Positions 55,409 through 64,000 of a stretch of 64,000 bases of DNA are shown piece by piece. The position numbers and the translations under genes were made by a program. The first letter of the stretch is position 1, and each line of letters opens with the position of its first letter. Under the pieces are notes generated by a model. The model was not told the DNA's origin. It did not search any database and was given only the letters and a program-made list of their open reading frames with translations. The DNA is from Actinomycetota bacterium (GTDB lineage Bacteria; Actinomycetota; Geothermincolia; Geothermincolales; RBG-13-55-18), in NCBI GenBank assembly GCA_015711955.1, contig JACVJK010000001.1, positions 2,966 through 66,965 of the forward strand, written 5' to 3'.

Positions 55409-57147
55409 TCCTCCGCCTTTTCCGGGTGCACCTTTTCCACGGGGTAAAGCAGGTCCCCAATCATGTCGTAAAGGGGGGCACCCGGAGCCACCATGGGATA
55501 CACGTTCTCCTCGGGCTCCACCTGGAAATCGATCACCACGGGGCACTCGGCATTCAGGGCATCCAAGATGGCGCCTTCCACCTGTTCGGGGTCGGTAACG
55601 GTGATCCCCATGGCCCCGTAGGCCCTGGCGAGAGCGGCGAAGTCAGGGCAGCGCCGTTCCCGGTGCAGGCAGGAACAGGAATAGGTCCGGTTGTAGAACA
55701 GTTGCTGCCATTGCCTCACCATGCCCAGGTATCCGTTGTTCAGGATGGCCACCTTCACCGGGGTCCCCTCCAACACCGCCGTGGCCAGCTCCTGTGAATT
55801 CATGAGAAAGCTGCCGTCCCCGGCGATGTCGATGACCAGCTCGCCAGGCCTTCCCAGCTGGGCCCCGATGGCGGCGGGGAACCCGAAGCCCATGGTCCCC
55901 AACCCCCCGGAGGTTATGAACTGACGGGGCCTCTCCACCTTGTAGAACTGAGCGGCCCACATCTGGTTCTGCCCCACCTCGGTGCAAATTATGGCCTCTC
56001 CCTTGGTCAACTCGTAGAGCTTCTCCACCACGAACTGGGGCTTCAAGCCAGGACCCGAACGGTCGTAATTATAGGGATACCTTGCCTTCCATTCCTCGAT
56101 CTGGGCATTCCACTCCCGTCGATCCACGGGGTCATGCCCCTTTTTTAACTCCCGGAGCACGGCCAGAAGCTCTTTGAGCACTGTCTTGGCGTCGCCGACT
56201 ATGGGGATGTGGGCCTCCACGTTCTTTCCGATCTCGGCCGGGTCTATGTCGATGTGAATCACCCGGGCGTTGGGGGCGAACTCGGACAGTTTGCCGGTGA
56301 CCCGGTCGTCGAAACGCACCCCAACCCCAATGATCAGGTCCGTCTCGCACATCACGTAGTTGGCGGTCCGGGTGCCGTGCATGCCCAGCATGCCTATGGA
56401 AAGGGGATGGGTCTCGGGGAAGGCTCCCTTCCCCATCAGGGTGTGAGTGACGTATATGTGTTCCTCTTCCGCCAACGCCCTTACCTCCTCAGTGGCGTTC
56501 GAGGTGATGACCCCGCCCCCCACGAAGAGGATGGGCTTTCTGGCGCTCAGGATGGCCTGGGCAGCCAACTTGATCTGCCTCCGATGTCCCTTGTAAGTGG
56601 GTTTATATCCCGGAAGATCCACCCTCTCGCTGCGACGGTAGTTGAGCTCTCCCCGGGAGACGTCCACGGGCAGGTCTATTAGCACCGGCCCTGGCCTTCC
56701 CGTACGGGCCAGGTAGAAAGCCTCCTGAACCACATCGGGAATGTCCCTGGGGTCCTTCACCAGATAGTTGTGCTTGACGATGGGCATGGTGATGCCCGTG
56801 GTATCCGCCTCCTGAAATGCGTCGGTTCCGATGAGGTTGGTGGCCACCTGACCGGTGATGGCCACCAAAGGGATGGAATCCATGTAGGCGTTGGCTATCC
56901 CGGTGACCAAATTGGTGGCCCCTGGCCCGGAGGTGGCCATGCACACCCCCACCCGCCCGGTGGCTCTCGCGTAACCGTCTGCCATGTGTGCCGCCCCCTG
57001 TTCGTGGCGAGTTAATACCTTGCGGATGGGGCTACGGTAAAGGGCATCGAAAACCGGCAGCAGAACCCCTCCTGGAATTCCGAAAAGGATCTCCACCCCT
57101 TCCGCTTCCAGGCTCTTCACCAGCGCTTGAGCCCCGGTCATCTTCAA
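55396..57147 (-). CDS. ilvB: Acetolactate synthase large subunit (ThDP-dependent)
   Basis: MTGAQALVKSLEAEGVEILFGIPGG, ThDP motif GDGSFLMN. 583 aa. Confidence 0.9.
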   Translation of the reverse strand: MKMTGAQALVKSLEAEGVEILFGIPGGVLLPVFDALYRSPIRKVLTRHEQGAAHMADGYARATGRVGVCMATSGPGATNLVTGIANAYMDSIPLVAITGQVATNLIGTDAFQEADTTGITMPIVKHNYLVKDPRDIPDVVQEAFYLARTGRPGPVLIDLPVDVSRGELNYRRSERVDLPGYKPTYKGHRRQIKLAAQAILSARKPILFVGGGVITSNATEEVRALAEEEHIYVTHTLMGKGAFPETHPLSIGMLGMHGTRTANYVMCETDLIIGVGVRFDDRVTGKLSEFAPNARVIHIDIDPAEIGKNVEAHIPIVGDAKTVLKELLAVLRELKKGHDPVDRREWNAQIEEWKARYPYNYDRSGPGLKPQFVVEKLYELTKGEAIICTEVGQNQMWAAQFYKVERPRQFITSGGLGTMGFGFPAAIGAQLGRPGELVIDIAGDGSFLMNSQELATAVLEGTPVKVAILNNGYLGMVRQWQQLFYNRTYSCSCLHRERRCPDFAALARAYGAMGITVTDPEQVEGAILDALNAECPVVIDFQVEPEENVYPMVAPGAPLYDMIGDLLYPVEKVHPEKAEEPFL

Positions 57148-57221
57148 TTCGGCGAACCTCCCTTTTCCACGGCGTTTTCCACCATCACCGACTCACTACA
57201 AGAAGAACCCGATTAAGCCAT

Positions 57222-58898
57222 CTATTTCAGGATCCTCACCGCGCCCCGGCTAGCGCTGGAGACCTGTCGAGCGTATACGGCAAGATAGCCTTCCTTCACC
57301 CGCGGTTCCGGCGGCTTCCACTTCTCCCGACGCCGACTCAACTCCTCTGGCGGGACCAAGAGCTCGAGCCTTCTTCCTGGGATATCCAGCTCTATCAAGT
57401 CACCCTCCTCCACCAGAGCTATGGGACCTCCTTCCTGGGCCTCGGGAGAGATGTGCCCCACCGCTGCACCCCGGGTACCGCCCGAGAAACGCCCGTCGGT
57501 TATGAGCACCACCTTTTCGGCGAGGCCCATCCCCGCCAGAGTGGCTGTGGGGAGGAGCATCTCCCTCATACCAGGACCCCCTTTGGGTCCCTCATAACGG
57601 ATCACCACCACGTCTCCATCCCTAATGCCCCCTTTTCGCATGCAGGCCACAGCCTCTTCCTCCCGGTCAAACACCCTGGCCGGGCCACGATGGCGCATTA
57701 GGTTCTCGGGCACCGCCGATTGTTTTATCACCGCTCCCTCGGGAGCAAGGTTGCCCCAGAGGATCGCCAAGCCACCGGTGGGCATGTAGGGATCTTCTAC
57801 CGGCCGGATCACTTCAGGGTTGAGGGTCCCTTTTCCCTCTATCAAGTCCCCGATGCGGCTTGCCCCAACGCAGGGCACGTCGGGGTCGATGAGCCCTTTT
57901 CTCAGCAATTCGCCCATAACCGCAGGTATGCCTCCTGCCTCGTGCAGGTCCTGCATGTGGTGGACGGCCCCTCCCGCCGGACTTATCCGGGCCAGATTCG
58001 GGGTAGCGTCGCAGACCTCTTGGATCTCCTCGAGGGTCATCTCCACCCCCGCCTCGTGAGCGATGGCCAGCAGGTGGAGAATGGTGTTGGAAGATCCCCC
58101 GATGGCCATGTCCACCGCCACGGCGTTACGCAGCGAGCGTCGGGTGATGACGTCCCGAGGCCTCAACCCCCTCCGGAGCACGTCCATGACCGTCATGCCC
58201 GCCCGCTTGGCCAAGCGTAGCCGCGCCGCATGGGGAGCGGGGATGGTCCCGTTCCCGGGCAGACCCAAGCCCACCGCTTCCACCAAACAGTTCATGGAAT
58301 TGGCGGTGAACAGCCCCGCGCAGCTGCCGCAGCCAGGGCAGGCCTCCTCCTCCAGCTGGGCCAGATCCTCCTCGCTCATGTGACCCGCCTTAACCGCTCC
58401 CTGAGCCTCCATGACGGTTATGAAGTCCACATCTCGACCGCGGAACCTCCCCGCCAACATGGGGCCTCCGCTCACCACCACCGCTGGTATGTTGAGGCGA
58501 GCCGCCGCCATTAGCATTCCCGGCACTATCTTGTCGCAGTTGGGTATGAGCACCAAGGCGTCGAACGCGTGGGCCTTGACCATGAGTTCCACGCTGTCAG
58601 CGATCACTTCGCGGGATGGTAAGGAATGGCGCATGCCCTCATGGCCCATGGCTATTCCGTCGCAGATGCCTATGACCCCGAATTGCATGGGGGTACCCCC
58701 CGCCATGCGCACTCCCGCCTTAACGGCGTCGGCCACCAACTGCAGGTGTACATGACCGGGCACCACCTCGTTGAAGGAGCAGGCTATTCCCACCCAAGGC
58801 CTTTGTATCTCCTCATCTGTGTACCCGATGGCCTTGAGAAGAGACCTGTGGGGAGCCCAATCGGTGCCAACTTTTATACGGTCGCTCCTCAATTCCAT
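57222..58898 (-). CDS. ilvD: Dihydroxy-acid dehydratase
   Basis: ILVD/EDD family: [28 protein letters not shown] Fe-S ligands. Start at the internal MELRSD. Confidence 0.9.
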   Translation of the reverse strand: MELRSDRIKVGTDWAPHRSLLKAIGYTDEEIQRPWVGIACSFNEVVPGHVHLQLVADAVKAGVRMAGGTPMQFGVIGICDGIAMGHEGMRHSLPSREVIADSVELMVKAHAFDALVLIPNCDKIVPGMLMAAARLNIPAVVVSGGPMLAGRFRGRDVDFITVMEAQGAVKAGHMSEEDLAQLEEEACPGCGSCAGLFTANSMNCLVEAVGLGLPGNGTIPAPHAARLRLAKRAGMTVMDVLRRGLRPRDVITRRSLRNAVAVDMAIGGSSNTILHLLAIAHEAGVEMTLEEIQEVCDATPNLARISPAGGAVHHMQDLHEAGGIPAVMGELLRKGLIDPDVPCVGASRIGDLIEGKGTLNPEVIRPVEDPYMPTGGLAILWGNLAPEGAVIKQSAVPENLMRHRGPARVFDREEEAVACMRKGGIRDGDVVVIRYEGPKGGPGMREMLLPTATLAGMGLAEKVVLITDGRFSGGTRGAAVGHISPEAQEGGPIALVEEGDLIELDIPGRRLELLVPPEELSRRREKWKPPEPRVKEGYLAVYARQVSSASRGAVRILK

Positions 58899-59270
58899 CT
58901 TTTTCCTCCTAAAAGAAGGTGCTCTCATCCGGGCGCCCGCCTCGGCGTTCGAGAGTTATCGAGATAGACAAAGGGTATAGCCGATCTATGGGGATCGCTG
59001 GCGAAGCGGTCCCCCGACTATACCTCTCCTCTTCCGACCTCTGCCCGATACGAGAAACTCAAAATAGGCTTTTGCGGAAAATTCCTGAAGGTTTGGGAGA
59101 AGTAATCATAACCGTTCCGCCGGGGTTTTGCAACAGCACCTAAAATGCCTTTCGCAGGGGAACCGGTGAAGTCGCCTCTCGCTTGCTCCCCCAAGGGCCT
59201 TCCAGAACCGACTTCGCCATTCACCTTCTTGGTGGGGAGTTCCCAACGCGAGAACGCCCCGCGAGGTTCG

Positions 59271-60278
59271 TCATTCCATGGCCTCGATGATGGCCTGGGC
59301 CATCTCCCTGGTGCCGGCGTCCCCTCCCAGATCGTAAGTCACCGTCTTTCCCTCGGCGATGACCTTTTCCACCGCCCTTTGGATCCGATCCGCCTCCTCC
59401 CTCTGGCCTATGTGGCGCAGCATGAGCACCCCGGACAGTATTTGAGCGGTGGGGTTGACCTTGTTCATGCCGGTGTACTTGGGAGCGCTTCCGTGCACCG
59501 GCTCGAAGACGGCGATCTCCTCGCCGATATTGGCGCTGGGCGCCACCCCGAGTCCTCCTACCAGACCCGCGCAAAGGTCAGATATTATGTCGCCGTAGAG
59601 GTTGGGGAGGACCAAAACGTCGTACAGATGGGGTTTCTGAACCAATTGCATGGCCATGTTGTCCACGATTCGGTCCTCGAACTCTATGTCAGGATAATCC
59701 TTGGCCACCTGACGGGCCACCTCCAGGAAAAGGCCGTCGGTGTACTTCAGTATGTTTGCCTTGTGCACCGCGGTGACCTTCCTCCGTCCTTCCCGGCGGG
59801 CGTACTCGAAGGCGAAGCGGCAGATCCTCTCCGAGGCCCGACGGGTAATAAGTTTGACGCTTTCCGCGGTGTCTTCGTCCACCATGCGCTCGATGCCGGA
59901 ATAAAGGTCCTCGGTGTTCTCCCGGATCACCACCAAATCGATCCCCTGATATGGAGAGCGTACCCCCACCATGCTGCGGGCAGGACGCAGGTTAACGTAA
60001 AGGTCCAGTTCCTGCCGAAGGGCCACGTTCACGCTGCGGAATCCCGAACCCACTGGGGTGGTGATGGGACCCTTGAGAGCCACTCCGTTTCTCCGTATGG
60101 AATCCAAAACGGTGCTGGGGAGGGGAGTCCCATATTCTTCCATCACCTTCTCCCCTGCCTCCCTGACCTCCCATTCCACCTCTGCGCCGGATGCCTCGAT
60201 GACTTTCACGCAAGCTTCCACGATCTCGGGACCGACTCCATCACCGGGTATGAGGGTCACCTTCTTCTTCATGCCCAA
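59271..60278 (-). CDS. Isocitrate/isopropylmalate dehydrogenase-family enzyme (short, homoisocitrate/IPM dehydrogenase-like; second copy)
   Basis: [14 protein letters not shown]...NLRP...GSAPKYTG. 335 aa. Shorter than the canonical leuB copy at 46343..47401. Confidence 0.8.
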   Translation of the reverse strand: MGMKKKVTLIPGDGVGPEIVEACVKVIEASGAEVEWEVREAGEKVMEEYGTPLPSTVLDSIRRNGVALKGPITTPVGSGFRSVNVALRQELDLYVNLRPARSMVGVRSPYQGIDLVVIRENTEDLYSGIERMVDEDTAESVKLITRRASERICRFAFEYARREGRRKVTAVHKANILKYTDGLFLEVARQVAKDYPDIEFEDRIVDNMAMQLVQKPHLYDVLVLPNLYGDIISDLCAGLVGGLGVAPSANIGEEIAVFEPVHGSAPKYTGMNKVNPTAQILSGVLMLRHIGQREEADRIQRAVEKVIAEGKTVTYDLGGDAGTREMAQAIIEAME

Positions 60279-60439
60279 CCTCCCATCATGTCTTGTGTCG
60301 AGGGCGGTAGCGGGAAAACGACACAGCCCAAATGGCTCCCGCGAACGCTCACTATGACGACGCGACCGAGAAAATCCCTAACCACTTCCCTGAGACCAAC
60401 ATCAAGGAGGCAGTTCCCCTCCGTCCTGCATGGACTTCT

Positions 60440-60543
60440 CCCCGGCAGGGGCTTCATCTCCACCTGCCCCCCGGTGGTGAGGTTCCTCACCAGGCCCCTC
60501 TCCAGGTCCACCTCCAGCTCGTCGCCGGTGCGGATGGCGGAGG
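60440..60543. repeat. 104-bp perfect direct copy of the 3' coding end of the second leuD-like gene, placed in the downstream intergenic region (partner copy 60641-60744)
   Basis: Identical 104-nt strings at 60440-60543 and 60641-60744, offset 201 bp. The upstream copy lies inside the leuD-like coding sequence (encoding ...[22 protein letters not shown]). Confidence 0.85.
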
Positions 60544-60568
60544 CGATTTCCCCCGGATGGACGAGGCC

Positions 60569-61099
60569 TCACAGTCGGAACTCGCCGTACTTTCTAAGGT
60601 ACTCGGTGAGTCCCCCCTCCTTGAGGATGTCCATCATCACCCCCGGCAGGGGCTTCATCTCCACCTGCCCCCCGGTGGTGAGGTTCCTCACCAGGCCCCT
60701 CTCCAGGTCCACCTCCAGCTCGTCGCCGGTGCGGATGGCGGAGGTGTCGCACTCCACCACCGGCAACCCCTTGTTTATGGCGTTCCTGAAGAATATGCGG
60801 GCAAAGGAAGCGGCCAGCACCGCCGATATCCCTGCCGCCTTTATCACCAGGGGAGCCTGTTCCCGGGAGGAACCGCAACCGAAATTCCTTCCGGCCACTA
60901 TGAAGTCACCTGGGCGCACCTTCTTGTGAAAATCGGGGTCTATGTCCTCCATCAGGTGGAGTGCCAGTTCTTTCATGTCAAGGGTCTTGAACTTGTACTT
61001 TCCCGATATGATGTAATCGGTGTTTATATCGTCACCGAACACGTGGGCCCTGCCCTTGAGGATCATCTCGCCATCACGTCCTTTCCCGAGTCTCGTCAA
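60569..61099 (-). CDS. 3-isopropylmalate/homoaconitate dehydratase small subunit (second copy)
   Basis: [40 protein letters not shown]. 176 aa. Confidence 0.85.
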   Translation of the reverse strand: MTRLGKGRDGEMILKGRAHVFGDDINTDYIISGKYKFKTLDMKELALHLMEDIDPDFHKKVRPGDFIVAGRNFGCGSSREQAPLVIKAAGISAVLAASFARIFFRNAINKGLPVVECDTSAIRTGDELEVDLERGLVRNLTTGGQVEMKPLPGVMMDILKEGGLTEYLRKYGEFRL

Positions 61100-61103
61100 G
61101 AGC

Positions 61104-62375
61104 TCATCGCATCGCCTTTCGAGGGTCGGTGATCTTCCCTTCCAAGGCGCTGGCGGCCACGGTGGCCGGACTGGCCAAGTAGATGAAGGCGTTGGCGTTA
61201 CCCATCCTGCCTTTGAAATTGCGGTTGGCGGTGCTGATCACCACCTCCCCGTCGGCGGGAACCCCGTTATGGGTGCCCACACAGGGTCCGCATCCTGGAG
61301 TCACCAGGGCTCCCCCTGCCTCCACCAGAGCCTGGATCACTCCCTTTCGCATGCCCTCCAACAAAACCTCTCGAGAAGCGGGAGCTACGATCAGACGCAC
61401 ACCAGGATGCACGCTCTTGCCCGCCAAGATCTCGGCGGCCACCTCTAGATCCTCCAGCCTACCGTTGGTGCAGGTTCCCAGCACCGCTTGATGGATCTCG
61501 GTGCCCTCCACCTCCTCCACCGGCTTCACGTGGTCCACCCGGTGGGGCACCGCCACCATGGGTGGGAGGTCACTCAAGTCGTATTCCCTTATCTCCACGT
61601 ATTCGGCGTCGGGGTCAGGCTCTGCCGGCTCGAAGGGGCGCTTGACCCTCCTTGCCACGTAATCTAGTACCTTAGCGTCTGCCTCCATCAGCCCCGCCTT
61701 GGCGCCCACCTCCACCGCCATGTTGCTGATGGTGAAGCGGGCCTCCACGCTCAGGTCGGAGATGACCTCCCCTCCGTATTCGAGCGCCAGATAAGTGGCT
61801 CCGTCGGCGGTGAGTTCCCCGGTGATGAAAAGGGCCACGTCCTTAGAATAGACCCCTGGTTGTAGTTTTCCCCTAAGCTCCAGTCTCATGCTGGCGGGCA
61901 CCTTGAACCACAGCTTGCCGGTGAGCATGGCAGCAGCCAGGTCAGTGGAACCCACCCCGGTGGAGAAGGCGTTGATGGCCCCGTAGGTGGTGGTATGGGA
62001 ATCCGCCCCCACCACCAAGTCTCCCGGTGCCACGTGACCCTGTTCCGGCAAGAGGCAATGGCAGACGCCCCAACCCACGTCGTACAACCTCACGCCTTGG
62101 GAGGAGGCGAATTCCCTCATGAGAGCGTGCAGATTGGAAGTGCCCTCCACCGGGCTAGGCGCGCTGTGGTCTATGACCAAAGCCACTCTCTCCGGATGGG
62201 ACACCTTAACGCCTCCCATCTCCCGGAAAGCCTGTATGGCCAGAGGGGTGGTCCCATCCTGACCCATGATGAAGTCCACCTCTGCCACCACCAACTCGCC
62301 AGCCCTCGCTTCCCGGCCGGCGTGGCGGGATATGATCTTCTCCGCGATGGTCATGCCCATGGGTTGTCGGATCAC
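61104..62375 (-). CDS. 3-isopropylmalate/homoaconitate dehydratase large subunit (second copy, short archaeal-like type)
   Basis: Aconitase-family large subunit (GSCTNGR..., CGPCVG Fe-S ligands). 423 aa. Confidence 0.85.
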   Translation of the reverse strand: MIRQPMGMTIAEKIISRHAGREARAGELVVAEVDFIMGQDGTTPLAIQAFREMGGVKVSHPERVALVIDHSAPSPVEGTSNLHALMREFASSQGVRLYDVGWGVCHCLLPEQGHVAPGDLVVGADSHTTTYGAINAFSTGVGSTDLAAAMLTGKLWFKVPASMRLELRGKLQPGVYSKDVALFITGELTADGATYLALEYGGEVISDLSVEARFTISNMAVEVGAKAGLMEADAKVLDYVARRVKRPFEPAEPDPDAEYVEIREYDLSDLPPMVAVPHRVDHVKPVEEVEGTEIHQAVLGTCTNGRLEDLEVAAEILAGKSVHPGVRLIVAPASREVLLEGMRKGVIQALVEAGGALVTPGCGPCVGTHNGVPADGEVVISTANRNFKGRMGNANAFIYLASPATVAASALEGKITDPRKAMR

Positions 62376-62825
62376 TCCTTTCTCGGCGAATCAAGCACTC
62401 AGTCCCTCGAATCACCCCGGGCGCTTGACGATGCAACCCGCATTCGCCATTCAATCCAGGCCCGTTTTTGGCGTTGGTATTATTATTCCCGAAGGCACTC
62501 CTTTTGGCAAAAGATTTACTGCTATTCCCCTTTAAGTCCTTCTGTTTGCCACTAATTAACCGTCCGGTGCCGCCCGTATCTCGATTTACCAAATAGTTCC
62601 ATCAAACTTCCCCGCCAAAGGAAGGATTGCCCGCGGCTTCTCGTGATAAAATAGCGTGGACGTGCGACCCCGAGACCGAAATGAGGCGAGGCCCCGGACG
62701 CTGGGAGAAGATCTCATCGTGATGGAAACCCCTGAACGGAAGTGGTTCCCGCATGAAATGACGAGACCTATGTCTCCCGTTCATGGTAGGAGGTACTTCG
62801 CGGTAGAGTTCGAAGGAGGAAGGAC

Positions 62826-64000
62826 ATGGCAAATGAGACCATGAAAGCGAAACTGGTGGTCATCGGCGGAGGGCCGGGCGGCTACGTCGCTGCCATCAGG
62901 GCCGCCCAGCTGGGAAGCGGCGTGGTCCTGGTGGAGAAGGACCTCTTGGGCGGCACCTGCCTCAACCGTGGATGCATCCCCACCAAGGCCATGTTGGCCT
63001 GCACCGAGGTGCTCGACGCCATCCGGGAAGCTGAGGCCTACGGTATCTCCGTGGGGGAACCCAAGCCCGACCTCAAGGCTATGGTGGAGCGGAAGGAGAA
63101 GGTGTCCGAGCAGCTCCGGAACGGAATCGCCCAGCTTCTGAAGGCCAACAAGGTGGAGCTGGTGAAAGGCTTCGGAAGGCTCGCCGCCCCTGACCGGGTG
63201 GTGGTGGAGACGGAAGAAGGCGAGGTCACCATCGAGACGGAGAAAGTGATCATAGCCACCGGCTCCGAACCCGCCCGGCTGCCCACCTTCGACTTCGACC
63301 AGCCGGCCATCCTCACTTCCACCGAGGGATTGGAGTTGACCGAGATCCCCTCCAGCATGATCATCGTGGGAAGCGGCGTGGTGGGATCGGAGTTCGCCAC
63401 CGTCTTCAGTTCCCTGGGCACCAAAGTCACCATGGTGGAGCTCATGGACCGTATCCTGCCCACCGAGGACGAGAGGATAGCCACCCAGATGAAGCGCCTC
63501 CTTAACAAGCGGGGCATCGAGATCCTCACCGGTACCACCATCGAAGAGGTGTTGGAATACCGTCCCGACGGGGTGAAGGTGAAACTCTCCAACGGCCAAG
63601 AACTGGAGGCGGAAAAGCTCTTGGTCTCCATCGGAAGGTCTCTCAACTCCCAGGGAATAGGCCTGGAGGAGGTGGGCATCAAGACCGGCCAGCGGGGAGA
63701 GATCGTGGTCAACGAGAGGATGGAGACCAGCGTGCCAGGCGTGTACGCCATCGGCGACGTGGTGGGAGGCATCCTGCTGGCTCACGTGGCCTCCTTCGAG
63801 GGCATCTGCGCCGCCGAGAACGCCATGGGACTGGACTCGGTGATGAACTACGACGTGGTGCCCGCCTGTATCTTCACCGAGCCCGAGATCGCCAGCGTGG
63901 GATTGAACCCCGCCAAAGCTGAGGAAAGGGGCATGGAGGTCAAGGTGGGTCGGTTCATGTTCGGCGGCTTGGGCAAGGCCCTGGCCATGGGCAAGGGCCA
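62826..64000 (+). CDS. lpd: Dihydrolipoyl dehydrogenase (E3), 5' part; gene continues past the window end
   Basis: MANETMKAKLVVIGGGPGGYVAAIRAAQLGSGVVLVEKDLLGGTCLNRGCIPTKAML, with an FAD-binding GGGPGG loop and a redox-active CLNRGC disulfide. It is absent from the ORF table because it has no in-window stop. Confidence 0.85.
   Translation, partial: MANETMKAKLVVIGGGPGGYVAAIRAAQLGSGVVLVEKDLLGGTCLNRGCIPTKAMLACTEVLDAIREAEAYGISVGEPKPDLKAMVERKEKVSEQLRNGIAQLLKANKVELVKGFGRLAAPDRVVVETEEGEVTIETEKVIIATGSEPARLPTFDFDQPAILTSTEGLELTEIPSSMIIVGSGVVGSEFATVFSSLGTKVTMVELMDRILPTEDERIATQMKRLLNKRGIEILTGTTIEEVLEYRPDGVKVKLSNGQELEAEKLLVSIGRSLNSQGIGLEEVGIKTGQRGEIVVNERMETSVPGVYAIGDVVGGILLAHVASFEGICAAENAMGLDSVMNYDVVPACIFTEPEIASVGLNPAKAEERGMEVKVGRFMFGGLGKALAMGKG

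Noticed and set aside
62376-62825. T-box riboswitch or leucine-leader attenuator upstream of the second leuC-like operon
   Set aside because: No convincing T-box sequence, specifier loop or terminator/antiterminator pair was found, and no leader peptide enriched in Leu/Ile/Val. Reported only as an unexplained long leader.

Overview
High-GC bacterial chromosomal segment with almost all genes on the minus strand. From low to high coordinates it contains: (1) the N-terminal part of an RNase G/E-family gene (truncated at the window start), followed by a TIGR03936-like (DUF2344) protein and a B12-binding-type radical SAM protein of unknown function directly downstream of ftsZ. (2) A complete dcw (division/cell wall) cluster mraZ-rsmH-ftsL-ftsI-murE-murF-mraY-murD-ftsW-murG-murC-murB-ddl-ftsQ-ftsZ. 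It has no ftsA between ftsQ and ftsZ. Four GTGG repeats at 10-bp spacing upstream of mraZ look like MraZ boxes, and a CCATGACGT-type motif recurs in the ftsZ leader, the murE/murF gap and the mraZ leader. (3) An accessory block: two GT-A glycosyltransferases plus a D-2-hydroxyacid dehydrogenase; an operon hisG - degenerate GGDEF - metallophosphoesterase - hisC; cupin, alpha/beta hydrolase, MarR, GH3 glycosidase, MFS transporter; a hypothetical protein built from two CxxC modules; gltX followed by tRNA-Gln and tRNA-Glu and a clean terminator; a histidine kinase interrupted by an in-frame stop before its ATPase domain; an FAH-family hydrolase. (4) A branched-chain amino-acid supercluster cimA-ilvE-leuB-leuD-leuC-leuA-serA-(class V aminotransferase)-ilvC-ilvN-ilvB-ilvD, then a second paralogous leuC/leuD/dehydrogenase set, with a perfect 104-bp duplication of the 3' end of the second leuD copied into the downstream intergenic region. 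(5) The start of a dihydrolipoyl dehydrogenase gene on the plus strand. No CRISPR array, transposase, integrase or recognisable defence system was seen. The most novel-looking items are the metallophosphoesterase plus degenerate GGDEF embedded in a his operon, the glycosyltransferase/glycerate-dehydrogenase trio, the duplicated segments (ftsQ, leuD2, GH3 upstream), and the shared motif in dcw-cluster leaders. All coordinates and translations are read from the supplied sequence and ORF track; family assignments are from motif and memory-based recognition, not database searches.
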